Source: Octopus vulgaris (taxonomy: Eukaryota). From it: DNA of 64,000 nucleotides. The notes beneath the pieces were generated by a model. That model worked only from the letters and a program-made list of their open reading frames with translations, searched no databases and had not been told where the DNA came from. Location: contig OX597815.1 of NCBI GenBank assembly GCA_951406725.2, positions 164,238,001 through 164,302,000 of the forward strand, written 5' to 3'. Positions 1 to 14,720 of this stretch are shown here, piece by piece. Both the position numbers and the translations under genes were made by a program. How positions within the stretch are numbered: the first letter of the stretch is position 1; the number at the start of each line of letters is the position of its first letter.

Positions 1-790
1 ATATATATATATATATATATATATAAATATATATATATAGCATATATATGATATATATAGGAAGGGAAGATAGTGTGAGAAGGAAAAAGAGAAAAAGAAA
101 TAGTGTGTAATTTTGGTACATAACTACTTATAGCGATCGATAATTTTCCTTCGGTGGAAGAGAGTGGAAGGTGATTGCTTTTCTTCATGGAGAAATATTT
201 GCAAGTGGTTACAACTAGGTTAATTATCTGCACTCGTACACAGAGCTATGATGAGCCGAGAGAAGCACTCATTCAAATTAACAGTAAGTTACACACGTGT
301 ACGCATCCTAAAAATTAAAGGGTGACTGGCACAAAACGGGAAATAAAACTGGGCGAGAAAAAAGACAGGGGGAGAGAGTTTGAGAAAGGGAGAGAGAAAG
401 AGATTCTGTGAAGAGGATGTACAAACAGAGTTATCTCTCCTGGATGTGTGAAGGATTATATCTCTCCTAGAAGCTTATTCTTTCGTTGGCGAGGCATATG
501 ACATATCAAGTAAATAAGTCATATATACATAGAGATATATAGATAGATAGATTAATGAAGATGTATGTACATATAGCAATAATAATTCTCTAAAAGGGAT
601 ATAGACAGTAACTGCTCGATAACATAAGGGACTAAAGCCATCTGAATATGGCTAGGGACAGGGCAGGGTGGTGGGGGTGTTACTGTTGCATTTAGCCCCA
701 GGCGAACATCGACGTCACCAGAAAGGCTCGACACCGTCACGGTGCCCTAAACCTGCAAAGGGAGGTAATTCCCCGATGAAGCGGAAACCA

Positions 791-836
791 CACACGGACC
801 ATGGTTTCAAGGTGTATTGCCTATCATCGGCGTGTG
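791..836 (-). ncRNA. Type I hammerhead ribozyme, family A copy 1
   Basis: Minus strand: CACACG-CCGAUGA-UAGG caauaca CCUU-GAAA-CCAUGG-UC-CGUGUG. Stem I, core with U4C, stem II, palindromic stem III, GUC triplet. Confidence 0.8.
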
Positions 837-1149
837 GTAGGCCTCCGCTTCCTCGACGAATTCTCACTATGCAGGATTTCTTATATAGATTTTCAAGCAA
901 AATACATTTGCTGATTTCGAAAATCTGTTCGAAAGCAATAATAATTCTCTAAAAGGGATATAGACAGTAACTGCTCGATAACATAAGGGACTAAAGCCAT
1001 CTGAATATGGCTAGGGACAGGGCAGGGTGGTGGGGGTGTTACTGTTGCATTTAGCCCCAGGCGAACATCGACGTCACCAGAAAGGCTCGACACCGTCACG
1101 GTGCCCTAAACCTGCAAAGGGAGGTAATTCCCCGATGAAGCGGAAACCA

Positions 1150-1195
1150 CACACGGACCATGGTTTCAAGGTGTATTGCCTATCATCGGCGTGTG
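1150..1195 (-). ncRNA. Type I hammerhead ribozyme, family A copy 2
   Basis: Identical motif 359 bp from copy 1. Confidence 0.8.
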
Positions 1196-1508
1196 GTAGG
1201 CCTCCGCTTCCTCGACGAATTCTCACTATGCAGGATTTCTTATATAGATTTTCAAGCAAAATACATTTGCTGATTTCGAAAATCTGTTCGAAAGCAATAA
1301 TAATTCTCTAAAAGGAATATAGACAGTAACTGCTCGACAACATAAGGGACTAAAGCCATCTGAATATGGCTAGGGACAGGGCAGGGTGGTGGGGGTGTTA
1401 CTGTTGCATTTAGCCCCAGGCGAACATCGACGTCACCAGAAAGGCTCGACACCGTCACGGTGCCCTAAACCTGCAAAGGGAGGTAATTCCCCGATGAAGC
1501 GGAAACCA

Positions 1509-1554
1509 CACACGGACCATGGTTTCAAGGTGTATTGCCTATCATCGGCGTGTG
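1509..1554 (-). ncRNA. Type I hammerhead ribozyme, family A copy 3
   Basis: Identical motif 359 bp from copy 2. Confidence 0.8.
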
Positions 1555-1741
1555 GTAGGCCTCCGCTTCCTCGACGAATTCTCTCTCTGCAGGATTTTCT
1601 TATATAGATTTTCAAGCAAAATACATTTGCTGATTTCGAAAATCTGTTCGAAAGCAATAATAATTCTCTAAAAGGTTTGCTTGAAAATCTATATAAGAAA
1701 ATCCTGCAGAGAGAGAATTCGTCGAGGAAGCGGAGGCCTAC

Positions 1742-1787
1742 CACACGCCGATGATAGGCAATACACCTTGAAACCATGGTCCGTGTG
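1742..1787 (+). ncRNA. Type I hammerhead ribozyme, family A copy 4
   Basis: cacacg(1742-47) ccgatga(1748-54) tagg-caataca-cctt gaaa(1770-73) ccatgg(1774-79) tc(1780-81) cgtgtg(1782-87). Stem I extends via gaagcgga/tccgcttc. Predicted cleavage after C1781. Confidence 0.8.
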
Positions 1788-2100
1788 TGGTTTCCGCTTC
1801 ATCGGGGAATTACCTCCCTTTGCAGGTTTAGGGCACCGTGACGGTGTCGAGCCTTTCTGGTGACGTCGATGTTCGCCTGGGGCTAAATGCAACAGTAACA
1901 CCCCCACCACCCTGCCCTGTCCCTAGCCATATTCAGATGGCTTTAGTCCCTTATGTTGTCGAGCAGTTACTGTCTATATTCCTTTTAGAGAATTATTATT
2001 GCTTTCGAACAGATTTTCGAAATCAGCAAATGTATTTTGCTTGAAAATCTATATAAGAAATCCTGCATAGTGAGAATTCGTCGAGGAAGCGGAGGCCTAC

Positions 2101-2146
2101 CACACGCCGATGATAGGCAATACACCTTGAAACCATGGTCCGTGTG
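2101..2146 (+). ncRNA. Type I hammerhead ribozyme, family A copy 5
   Basis: Identical motif; predicted cleavage after C2140. Confidence 0.8.
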
Positions 2147-2459
2147 TGGTTTCCGCTTCATCGGGGAATTACCTCCCTTTGCAGGTTTAGGGCACCGTGA
2201 CGGTGTCGAGCCTTTCTGGTGACGTCGATGTTCGCCTGGGGCTAAATGCAACAGTAACACCCCCACCACCCTGCCCTGTCCCTAGCCATATTCAGATGGC
2301 TTTAGTCCCTTATGTTATCGAGCAGTTACTGTCTATATCCCTTTTAGAGAATTATTATTGCTTTCGAACAGATTTTCGAAATCAGCAAATGTATTTTGCT
2401 TGAAAATCTATATAAGAAATCCTGCATAGTGAGAATTCGTCGAGGAAGCGGAGGCCTAC

Positions 2460-2505
2460 CACACGCCGATGATAGGCAATACACCTTGAAACCATGGTCC
2501 GTGTG
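2460..2505 (+). ncRNA. Type I hammerhead ribozyme, family A copy 6
   Basis: Identical motif; predicted cleavage after C2499. Confidence 0.8.
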
Positions 2506-2949
2506 TGGTTTCCGCTTCATCGGGGAATTACCTCCCTTTGCAGGTTTAGGGCACCGTGACGGTGTCGAGCCTTTCTGGTGACGTCGATGTTCGCCTGGGG
2601 CTAAATGCAACAGTAACACCCCCACCACCCTGCCCTGTCCCTAGCCATATTCAGATGGCTTTAGTCCCTTATGGTATGTACATATATATATATATATATA
2701 TATGTGTGTGTTTGTGTGTGTGTATCTATGTATGTATATAGACATATATATTTGTATGTTTATATATATATATATATATATATATGGTTCTTTAACACTC
2801 CTAGACATCTCACCGCTTCTAAAGCAAACTTCGTTTGTTTGTTTACTTTCACACACACACACACACATATATATATGTGTGTGTGTATATATATATGTGT
2901 GTGTGTGTGTGTATGCATATATTCACATATATATACACATACATATATA

Positions 2950-3473
2950 CTAGCCTTTAAGCCGCCCTTGTGGCAGCATTCCCGCTAACTCCTGCGAAGA
3001 GCGCGTTTCAGGCCTTCGGCCCCAATATGGGGCCGCTTCGCAGCCCTCTGCACTTGTATAATGAAACTTATTTCTGAAAATCTGCTCGGCACTTATGCTG
3101 ATCATAGTCTAATCAATTAGCGAAGGAGCGAGGTTAATGCAATAAAAAAAGAGGAGGTCGGTGGGGCCCCATTTAGGCAGCCCTTCAAAAATTGAACCAC
3201 CTTACGATACACCCTGGGAATTCATGGTATGAAATTCATTGCCATTGCTCGATTTTGTCGCCAATGCCATGTATTTAGTTTAAAATGCAGTAGAATTAGG
3301 GGGTTCAATGAGGCCCAAGTTAGGCGGCCCTTAAAGAAATAGATCCCCTTATGACATTCCCTTGGATTAGGGGAGTCACTGGTTTGAGTTTCGTTGTCCT
3401 TGCACCAACGGTCTTGGAGTAGTTAATGAACATAAAAACGCAACGGACAGAGAAACTCAAATTTATATTAAGA

Positions 3474-3476
<3 letters not shown>
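2950..3476 (-). mobile_element. Non-autonomous Helitron
   Basis: Minus strand starts TCttcttaatataa and ends with hairpin gctgcc-acaag-ggcggc followed by ttaaaggCTAG. It sits between A and T in TA repeats with no TSD. Confidence 0.75.
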
Positions 3477-3522
<46 letters not shown>

Positions 3523-3525
3523 TAC

Positions 3526-3558
<33 letters not shown>

Positions 3559-3575
3559 TATATATACATATATAC

Positions 3576-3636
<61 letters not shown>

Positions 3637-3869
3637 TATACATATATATGTATATGGATATATTTGTGGGTATTTCTTTGTGCTTGCGATTGTTTCCGCT
3701 CCGCTTGCAATCGCTGTTGGTTTGTTTACGTCCTCCTAATTTAGGGATTCAGCAAAATTGATCAGTAGAATAAGTACTGAGATCGATTTTCTTGACTCTG
3801 CATCTCAAGGCGGCGTCCCAGCTTGCCTTCACACCAGTGACTGAAACTTTATATATATATATATATATA

Positions 3870-5490
<1,621 letters not shown>

Positions 5491-5589
5491 CCTATTGATT
5501 ACCTCTTTTTCGTTTTCTTATTTGTTCTTATTACACTCTCAGGTTATGTGTATGTATGTATTCTCTGTGTGTACATGTATGTACACCAT

Positions 5590-6858
5590 CTATGTATGCA
5601 CGCCATCCTCCAAAACATACCCCTGCTAAAAAAAAGGACCACAGAATGAACTTATTCCTCAAACACACACCATCATAAAAAGCAAGAGACAGCCCAAATC
5701 TATGAAAAGTCTCCTAACACAAGCCCGAATACGCTCAACAACACAGAAGCCGTCAGTAAAAAAATGTGGAAGACCCAATTGTGGGATATGCGATTATCTA
5801 ATTGAGGGATCAGAGTTCTCCTTCAAACAGGGACAACATTTCACAGTGAAAAGCAACTTCACATGTGCTTCGGAGAACCTGATATACACACTAACCTGCT
5901 CTGGGTGTCAAGAGCAATACATAGAACAAACAAAAAATAGTCTACATAAAAGAGTGGCCTTGCACAGATCCCAGATAAAAATTCCCCAAAACAGAAAAAT
6001 ATCATTCAGCCAACACATAGACATCTGCGCCAACAACAAAAATCCAAGCTTCAGAATTTTTCCTCTCTACCAATTCAGGGACGATGCAACCTGGAGCCAA
6101 CGAATTAGTAAAGAAACTCTCTTTATTACAAAATACAGGCCCCTTCTGAACGCGTCTACGACAAACGACATATCCACCTCGGCTTTAGAATAACACAGAT
6201 ACACACGCAAATATTAAAAATGATACACTCAAGAGATTCCCAAGAATTCATTAAAAAAACAGTCCCAATCACTGCTATAATCCATACTGAGCCAATTTTA
6301 AGTCATTTAACACCTTACTACTTTCACACTACCTACATTCATTCTTATTCTCCCTTCTCTTTCTTTTTCTTCTTCTTCTTCTTCTTCTTCTTTTTCGTCT
6401 CCTTCCTTCCCTTTCCTAACTTTATCACTAATGCTTCTTAGAATAACACCTACGCAAATTCTATAAACAAAACATTCAAAAGAAATATTTTCATGAATTG
6501 AACAGGGACTGCTACCATCTACTGACCATTCAAAATACTACTATCATGGCACTCCCAAATTATTATTATTCTTCCCCTTCTCCTCCTCCTCCTTCTTCTC
6601 TTTCTTCTTCTCTTTCTTCTTCTTCTTCCCTACCAAGAATACACAACGACCTCGGACCCACAAGAGTAAACAAGAAACAAGAGAGACAGAGACAGAGACA
6701 GGCAGAAACAAGGACTTGTATTTGAACACTATACAAATATTCTTTTAAAAAAACGTTTCTTTTAATTTTTCTAAAATTTAATTATTTAATTACAGTTGAA
6801 AAAGTCTCAATGACTGAAACTGGTACTGAAATGTTTTGTATAAAATTTTAGTTTTCTG

Positions 6859-6860
<2 letters not shown>
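5590..6860 (+). mobile_element. Penelope-like element (Neptune-like) 3' end: GIY-YIG endonuclease plus pLTR with hammerhead
   Basis: ORF 5702-6193 reads KKCGRPNCGIC...FTCASENLIYTLTCSGCQEQYIEQT..SLHKRVALH (Cys linker plus GIY-YIG with YIG>YIE). A hammerhead lies about 600 bp downstream, before (TA)n. Confidence 0.8.
6793..6828 (+). ncRNA. Minimal type I hammerhead (PLE pLTR), U3-A8 core variant
   Basis: cag TTGAAAA agtc-tcaat-gact GAAA ctgg TA ctg; located where PLE pLTR hammerheads are expected. Confidence 0.6.
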
Positions 6861-6907
<47 letters not shown>

Positions 6908-7020
6908 GACTTGTTGTAGATTAATCTTAACCGGTAGCTCACAGAAAACAGCACGGTTGGAGGTACAACCATCTGGCGTTGCAACCGTTTGGTGTAATTG
7001 AAATTAAAACATTATTGGTT

Positions 7021-7107
7021 TGAAGAATGGAGCTGAACGCAGATTGAACTGTTTTATTTCTTGTTTCGAAAGGCTTCTGTTCAATCTGCGTTCATCCATT
7101 TCTTCAA
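7021..7107. repeat. Short imperfect inverted repeat
   Basis: tgaagaatgga..tgaacgcagattgaac / gttcaatctgcgttca tccatttcttca around a roughly 29-nt spacer, within an island between two (TA)n tracts. Confidence 0.7.
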
Positions 7108-7150
<43 letters not shown>

Positions 7151-7950
7151 ACACACTCGCATACATACATATTCCATTCATACCAGCGCTGTGACCAAAG
7201 TTTATTTGATTTTCTGGTGCCTTTCAGGTGATTTCTTGGGCTAACTTTCCATTTGGCACTATTAAAAGTCTTCCATAGTAATGATGTCGATTTATGACCA
7301 TCCTGCAGCTGGCTGAACTTTCTGAATGCACACGTAATGAAAAATCTCCTTATTGCATTTTTTTTAAGTAGTCTCGCCTTATGATGAATTGTATTTCAGG
7401 CAGCCCGCTTGATGATGAGCCTGTCTCATGTGGCTCACCTGATGATGAGGTATGTCTCATGCAGCCTGCTTCTCAGATGCAATTTCATTTGCTCTTGTTG
7501 TTATTGTAGATGTCACTGTTGGTATTGTTTTTTTTATTGATGAGGATATTGTTGCAGTGTTATCATTTTGATGCTGTTGTTCTTTTTCTTTTTCTTCTTG
7601 CTCCTGTTGCTGCTACATTAGAAAGACAGGCATGTTTCAATACAAGTAAAAATGTAAGCTCTATAGGGCTTGCTTCTGTGTTGTATGGATCTGAAGCCCA
7701 GACAGTCTATAAAGTCCAAGTGGACAATTTATAAGCAAAAAGGGAAAAAGAAACAATGGTACATTTAGACTGAGATTCAAAGGTACTGCAAAAAGGTAAA
7801 TGGAGTGGAAAGAAATTGCTCATAATAAATGGCAAACTCAATGGGAAAATCGACTGGTATGGAGAAAGCTTATCAAGTCATACCAAAACCATGAACAATC
7901 ATAATTGTGAAAACTGACTGCAAGTATATCGTTATTGTCCGATTCGTCGT

Positions 7951-8326
7951 TATTACCTCCACCATAGCAAAAGCGGAGGTATTGTTTTCAGTAGTGTTTG
8001 TTTGTTTGTTTGTTTGTTTCTTTGTTTATCCGTGGGCAAGATATCTCAAGAACCACTGGATGGATTCGGATGAAACTTTCAGGGATGTTTGGCCTTGTGA
8101 CTGGCACGAACTGATTAGATTTTGGGTTCGATCCAGTGCTGGACAATGATTCTGGATTATTTTTCCGTTTTTTGTTTTTTTTTTTGTTTTTTTTACTTAA
8201 CGGGTTCGTTTTTAGTATACTCGTTTGTGTGAGCAGTCGATTTTATTTCAGATATTCTCATTTTAAAATTCATCTCCAGTTAATCGTTGAGAGGGCGGAG
8301 GTTTGCGCTGTCTGAGTGCTCTTGTT
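7951..8326 (+). mobile_element. DINE-1/Helentron-like non-autonomous element
   Basis: Subterminal inverted repeats acctccacc / ggcggaggt, 5' partial repeat gcggaggt, internal (gttt)n and a 3' stem-loop gcgct-gtctg-agtgc ending in TT. Confidence 0.65.
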
Positions 8327-8409
8327 GTTACTATTTTTATTGTTGTTTCTATTATGTTTTATTTTATGTTACTTTTGTTCCATTTGTTTCTATTGTTATT
8401 TGGTTGCGA

Positions 8410-8615
8410 AAGGCAGTGAGCTGGACAAAATACTTAACGGCATTTCGTCCGTTATTTTTACGTTCTGAGCTCAAATTCCTCCGAGGTTGACTTTGCGTTT
8501 CATCTTTTCAGGGTTGATAAAATAAGTAGCAGTCAAGCCTGGGGTGGAGGTCGATGTAATCGACGAACCCTTCCTCTCCAAATTTCATGCCTGGTTCCCA
8601 TAGTAAATAAAGGAT
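8410..8615 (+). mobile_element. tRNA-derived SINE, family 1 (decayed)
   Basis: Matches the window-wide consensus gagctggcaga...ttctgagttcaaattccgccgaggtcgactttgcctttcatcctttcggggtcgataa. Confidence 0.7.
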
Positions 8616-8687
8616 TATTCCTTTTGGTAATGATGTCCATGATGTTCTACTTGCTAGCCTTGCTGCTTTTGTAGTAGCTGTTCTTCG

Positions 8688-8781
8688 TGATGATGATGAT
8701 GATGACGACGACGACGACGACAACGATGATGTTAATGATGATGATGATGATGACGACAACGACAACGACGATGATGATGAA

Positions 8782-8822
<41 letters not shown>

Positions 8823-9470
8823 CGATGATGATGATGATGATGACGATGATGATGATGATGACGATGATGATGCCGTTATCTTAACTGCTGTTTGTGTGTT
8901 ACTGCCACCACGCTTCGTCCATGCTACACCTTTGTCTATAGAAAATTACAATCACTCAAAAGCCAATGAAACAATCACAATGTTTTAATTATTTAATTAT
9001 TTACTATATATTTTTGTTTATTTTTTTTGTTATGTTTTGTTTTGTTTTGTTTTCATTGGATTCTTCTAAAGAAAGGAATGAGAGATTTTTTTTTAAGTTT
9101 CTTTTGCTACTACAGCTGCTACTTTACTTATGATACAGATGTTGCTTTTGTTGTTAGTTTTGCTGTTATTACCATGTTATTTGTTGTTGATGTTGTTGTT
9201 GTTGGTGGTGGTGGTGGTGTTGGCGTTGAAGTTGATGCTGTTTATTATAAGAGTTTCAGTTTCTATTGACGTAGTTGACGTTGTTGCTGACGTTGTTTAT
9301 GCTTTTGTTAGTCTTATTTTAATCGTCATCATCATCGTCATCACCATTACCACAAACACCACCAACACCAGCCATCGGCCGTCTTTATCATCATCGTCAT
9401 CACCAGCACCATCGCTATCATCTTCATCAACACAACAGCCTTTATTATCGTCGTCGTTGTCGTCGTCGTG

Positions 9471-9555
<85 letters not shown>

Positions 9556-9575
9556 ACATTATCATCATCATCATT
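8688..9575. repeat. (GAT/GAC)n and (CAT)n trinucleotide tracts
   Basis: Directly visible at 8688-8872 and about 9470-9575. Confidence 0.9.
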
Positions 9576-10479
9576 ATCTTTGATTTTCGACAAAGCCGAC
9601 TTTGTTCAATTTCTCCAAGTGCGAAGACTTTCCAATGTTGATGAGAAAGAGAGAGAGACAGACATACATACAAAAAGAGAGGGGGAGGGAGTAAGAGAGT
9701 GTAAGAGGTAGAGAGTGGGGGGGATACGCTAGGTGTGGTAGAAATACAATTTATTTGATCATTCATCAAGCTGAAGATGTGTTCTAATATCTCTAAAAAT
9801 AGAAATCAAACGAAACGAAATAATTCAACAATAAATAAATAAACTGCTTTTTTAACATCTATCTTTAAAAACATAAAATAAAAAAAAAATTCTATTTCTA
9901 ACTTACAGAAGAATCCTGGCGTTTATCTGCAGGAGTGGAGCGGTAATGGGAATATCTTTCGAGTGAATCCGAAATCGCCAAAGTTCAAAGAATTGAAGCA
10001 ACGTAAGGCAAAAAGATACAAAACAAAACGGGGGAAAAAGTGTATCATGAAATTATAGGTAAATTCTTGGTCTCAGCAACGTCGGTTTCTGTGAGGAGAA
10101 GTATTTCGTGGAAAGGAAAGAGGGGATGATCAAATCAGAGAAGAGAAACGTTTGATTATTAAACGAGAGAAAAAAAGGGTGTAAAAAGAAACAAACACAA
10201 AGATGAAATGAAGGAGAGGTTGGGGAGGAAAACGGGAAAATAAGAAACTGTAAGAGAGGAAGAGGAGTGAAGATGTGAACGATATGAGAAAAAGAGAGAG
10301 GGGGAGTAAAGTTGTAAATATGTGATGTGAGGACAGCTGAGCGTGTATGCGCGTGCGTGTGTTTGGACGATGAGAACAAACGTAATGGTTAATAAAACAG
10401 GAGATGTATGGATGGATATACATTAAGATGAATCAAAAGTTATCTCGCTGTCCATACAAGTAGACTCCACACACATACG

Positions 10480-13176
<2,697 letters not shown>

Positions 13177-13189
13177 TGGTGCAGATGTA

Positions 13190-13364
13190 GATATGTGGTA
13201 AGTAGTTTGCTTCCCAACTACATGGTTCCGGGTTCAGTCCCACTTCATGTCACCTTGGCAAGTGTCTTTAACTATAACCTCAGGGCGACTAAAGCTTTGT
13301 GAGTGGATTTGCTAGACGGAAATTGGAAGAAGCCCGTCATATAGATAGATAGAGAGAGAGATAC

Positions 13365-13413
<49 letters not shown>

Positions 13414-13590
13414 TGTGTCTGTAATTGTCCCCTCTCCACCACTTGACAACCGGTTCAGGGCAAAAGAGATCGATGGAATAAGCACCATGCTTTAAAAAGT
13501 ACTGGGATCGATACATTGGACTATAAACTGTCCGAGGCGATGCCCCAGCATGGCCGCGGTCTAATGATTGGAACGAGTAAAAGATAAAAG
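13190..13590 (+). mobile_element. tRNA-derived SINE, family 2 (caccttgggcaagtgtc core)
   Basis: tgtggtaag...ggttccgggttcagtccc (A/B-box-like), internal microsatellite and 3' ccccagcatggcc; homologous to 16635-17045 and 50735-51160. Confidence 0.75.
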
Positions 13591-13612
13591 ATATATATAT
13601 GTAAGTATATAA

Positions 13613-13660
<48 letters not shown>

Positions 13661-13665
<5 letters not shown>

Positions 13666-13910
13666 GTATATTTGCCACTTAAATGTGGCTAACCACTAAG
13701 GGTGGATGCTACTGTAGCTTGTATCCCCAGAACATCTTCTCCAGCTGGCTATTGACACACTTTCTGTGTCCTATCAGTATTTGCAAAGGGAAGCCATCCT
13801 TCCCATCGTCGACCTGACGTGATACGCACGGATCCGAGTTTCTGGGTAAATACCCGTCGTCAGCGCACGATAATCACCAGTCTTCGATGCGAAGGGGTCC
13901 CAATGCAAAC
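13661..13910 (-). mobile_element. Hammerhead-containing retrozyme-like monomer, family B (single arm)
   Basis: Closely similar to both arms of 61215-61749; lies between (GT)n and (CA)n. Confidence 0.75.
13825..13869 (-). ncRNA. Type I hammerhead, family B (stem III mutated)
   Basis: CGUGCG CUGACGA cgggua-uu-uaccca GAAA cucgga UC CGUGCG. Confidence 0.65.
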
Positions 13911-14559
13911 ACACACAGACACACACACATACACACACACACACATACACACACACACACATACACGCATATATATATATATTATAACTGATGGGCTGAG
14001 GTTCACTACAGCTGTTTCAGACGTAATTATTGTTGACGAACAATCAATAACATCATGTAAAAAAAAATAGTTTCCTTCAGCTGAATTAAGAGTAAATTTT
14101 AACATTTAGGATTTTTGACACATGTAGTATGTAATTCATATTGACTCTCTCACTTCGGTGTCATTTGGGTGAGTAAATAGGGGATGCTATTTCAATGTTA
14201 AATCTACATCGAAATAAATTTGTCAAGGGATGGAAAGGGAGAAAGAAAAAGAAAAATGAAGTTGAAAGGGAAAAAGAAAAAGAAGGAAAAACTCTTGATT
14301 CGTTTGTAGGATGCCCTTGTTATTAAAATATCCTGATTCTACTGGATCTTGAAAATATTCAAAATGAAAACAAACACCATTCTTATATGTGATCGGCTCA
14401 AGATATTAAGATATTTTTATTAACATGAAGCCAATAGTTGGCTTAATATACAAATAAAGAAATTCTATACACCAGTGCGGTGTTGAGCACTCATTTTCAT
14501 CGTTCGACATTTCTGTATTTACAGAAAAACAAAAGACGAAGACAGGTGTATGAACAACA

Positions 14560-14720
14560 AGCAGATGTATTGATCGAATGATTTTCCCAAGATACTTTTA
14601 AGACTGCACTTAACATTCGGGTGTGAATTCCATCTAAGTTGAATCCCAGTTTTTTTTGTTTTTTTTCTGGTGAGCGTTCAGGCTGTTGCTCTATATAGAA
14701 GGACTGACTCAACCGTAAGA
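14560..14720 (-). mobile_element. RTE-clade LINE RT C-terminal fragment
   Basis: ESVLLYRATA*TLT followed by LDGIHTRMLSAVLKVSWENH, resembling RTE LDGxYTRMLRxxLNVSW. Confidence 0.65.

Larger units (their letters stand above)
576..2673. mobile_element. Fold-back (palindromic) insertion of 359-bp hammerhead-containing monomers; non-LTR retrozyme / PLE-pLTR-like
   Basis: Left arm 576-1675 holds about 3 tandem 359-bp units. Right arm 1676-2673 is the reverse complement of 623-1620 (paired coordinates sum to 3296), leaving a 55-nt unpaired spacer at 1621-1675. Direct repeat gtatgtacatata flanks both ends (563-575, 2674-2686). One hammerhead per unit. Confidence 0.85.

Noticed and set aside
648-712. 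HDV-like ribozyme reading (ggcta/tagcc, ggcgaacatc) on the strand opposite the hammerhead
   Set aside because: There is no P4, the would-be catalytic C is A in family B, and G-U pairing favours the other strand.
576-2673. Palindrome as a pure sequencing fold-back artefact
   Set aside because: The flanks are not mirrored, a 13-bp direct repeat brackets the element and similar layouts occur in two other families. Not fully excluded without reads.
552-2741. Repeated 60-114 aa ORFs in the 359-bp units
   Set aside because: They occur on both strands, mostly use non-ATG starts and have no recognisable domain; the RNA structure explains the conservation better.
7405-7470. Two (c/t)tgatga-tgag..ctca hammerhead-like starts
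   Set aside because: No GAAA or stem III follows.
9909-10002. Possible 94-nt exon (ttacAG...GTAAGG; KNPGVYLQEWSGNGNIF...)
   Set aside because: No recognisable homology or partner exon; splice-like signals are common by chance here.
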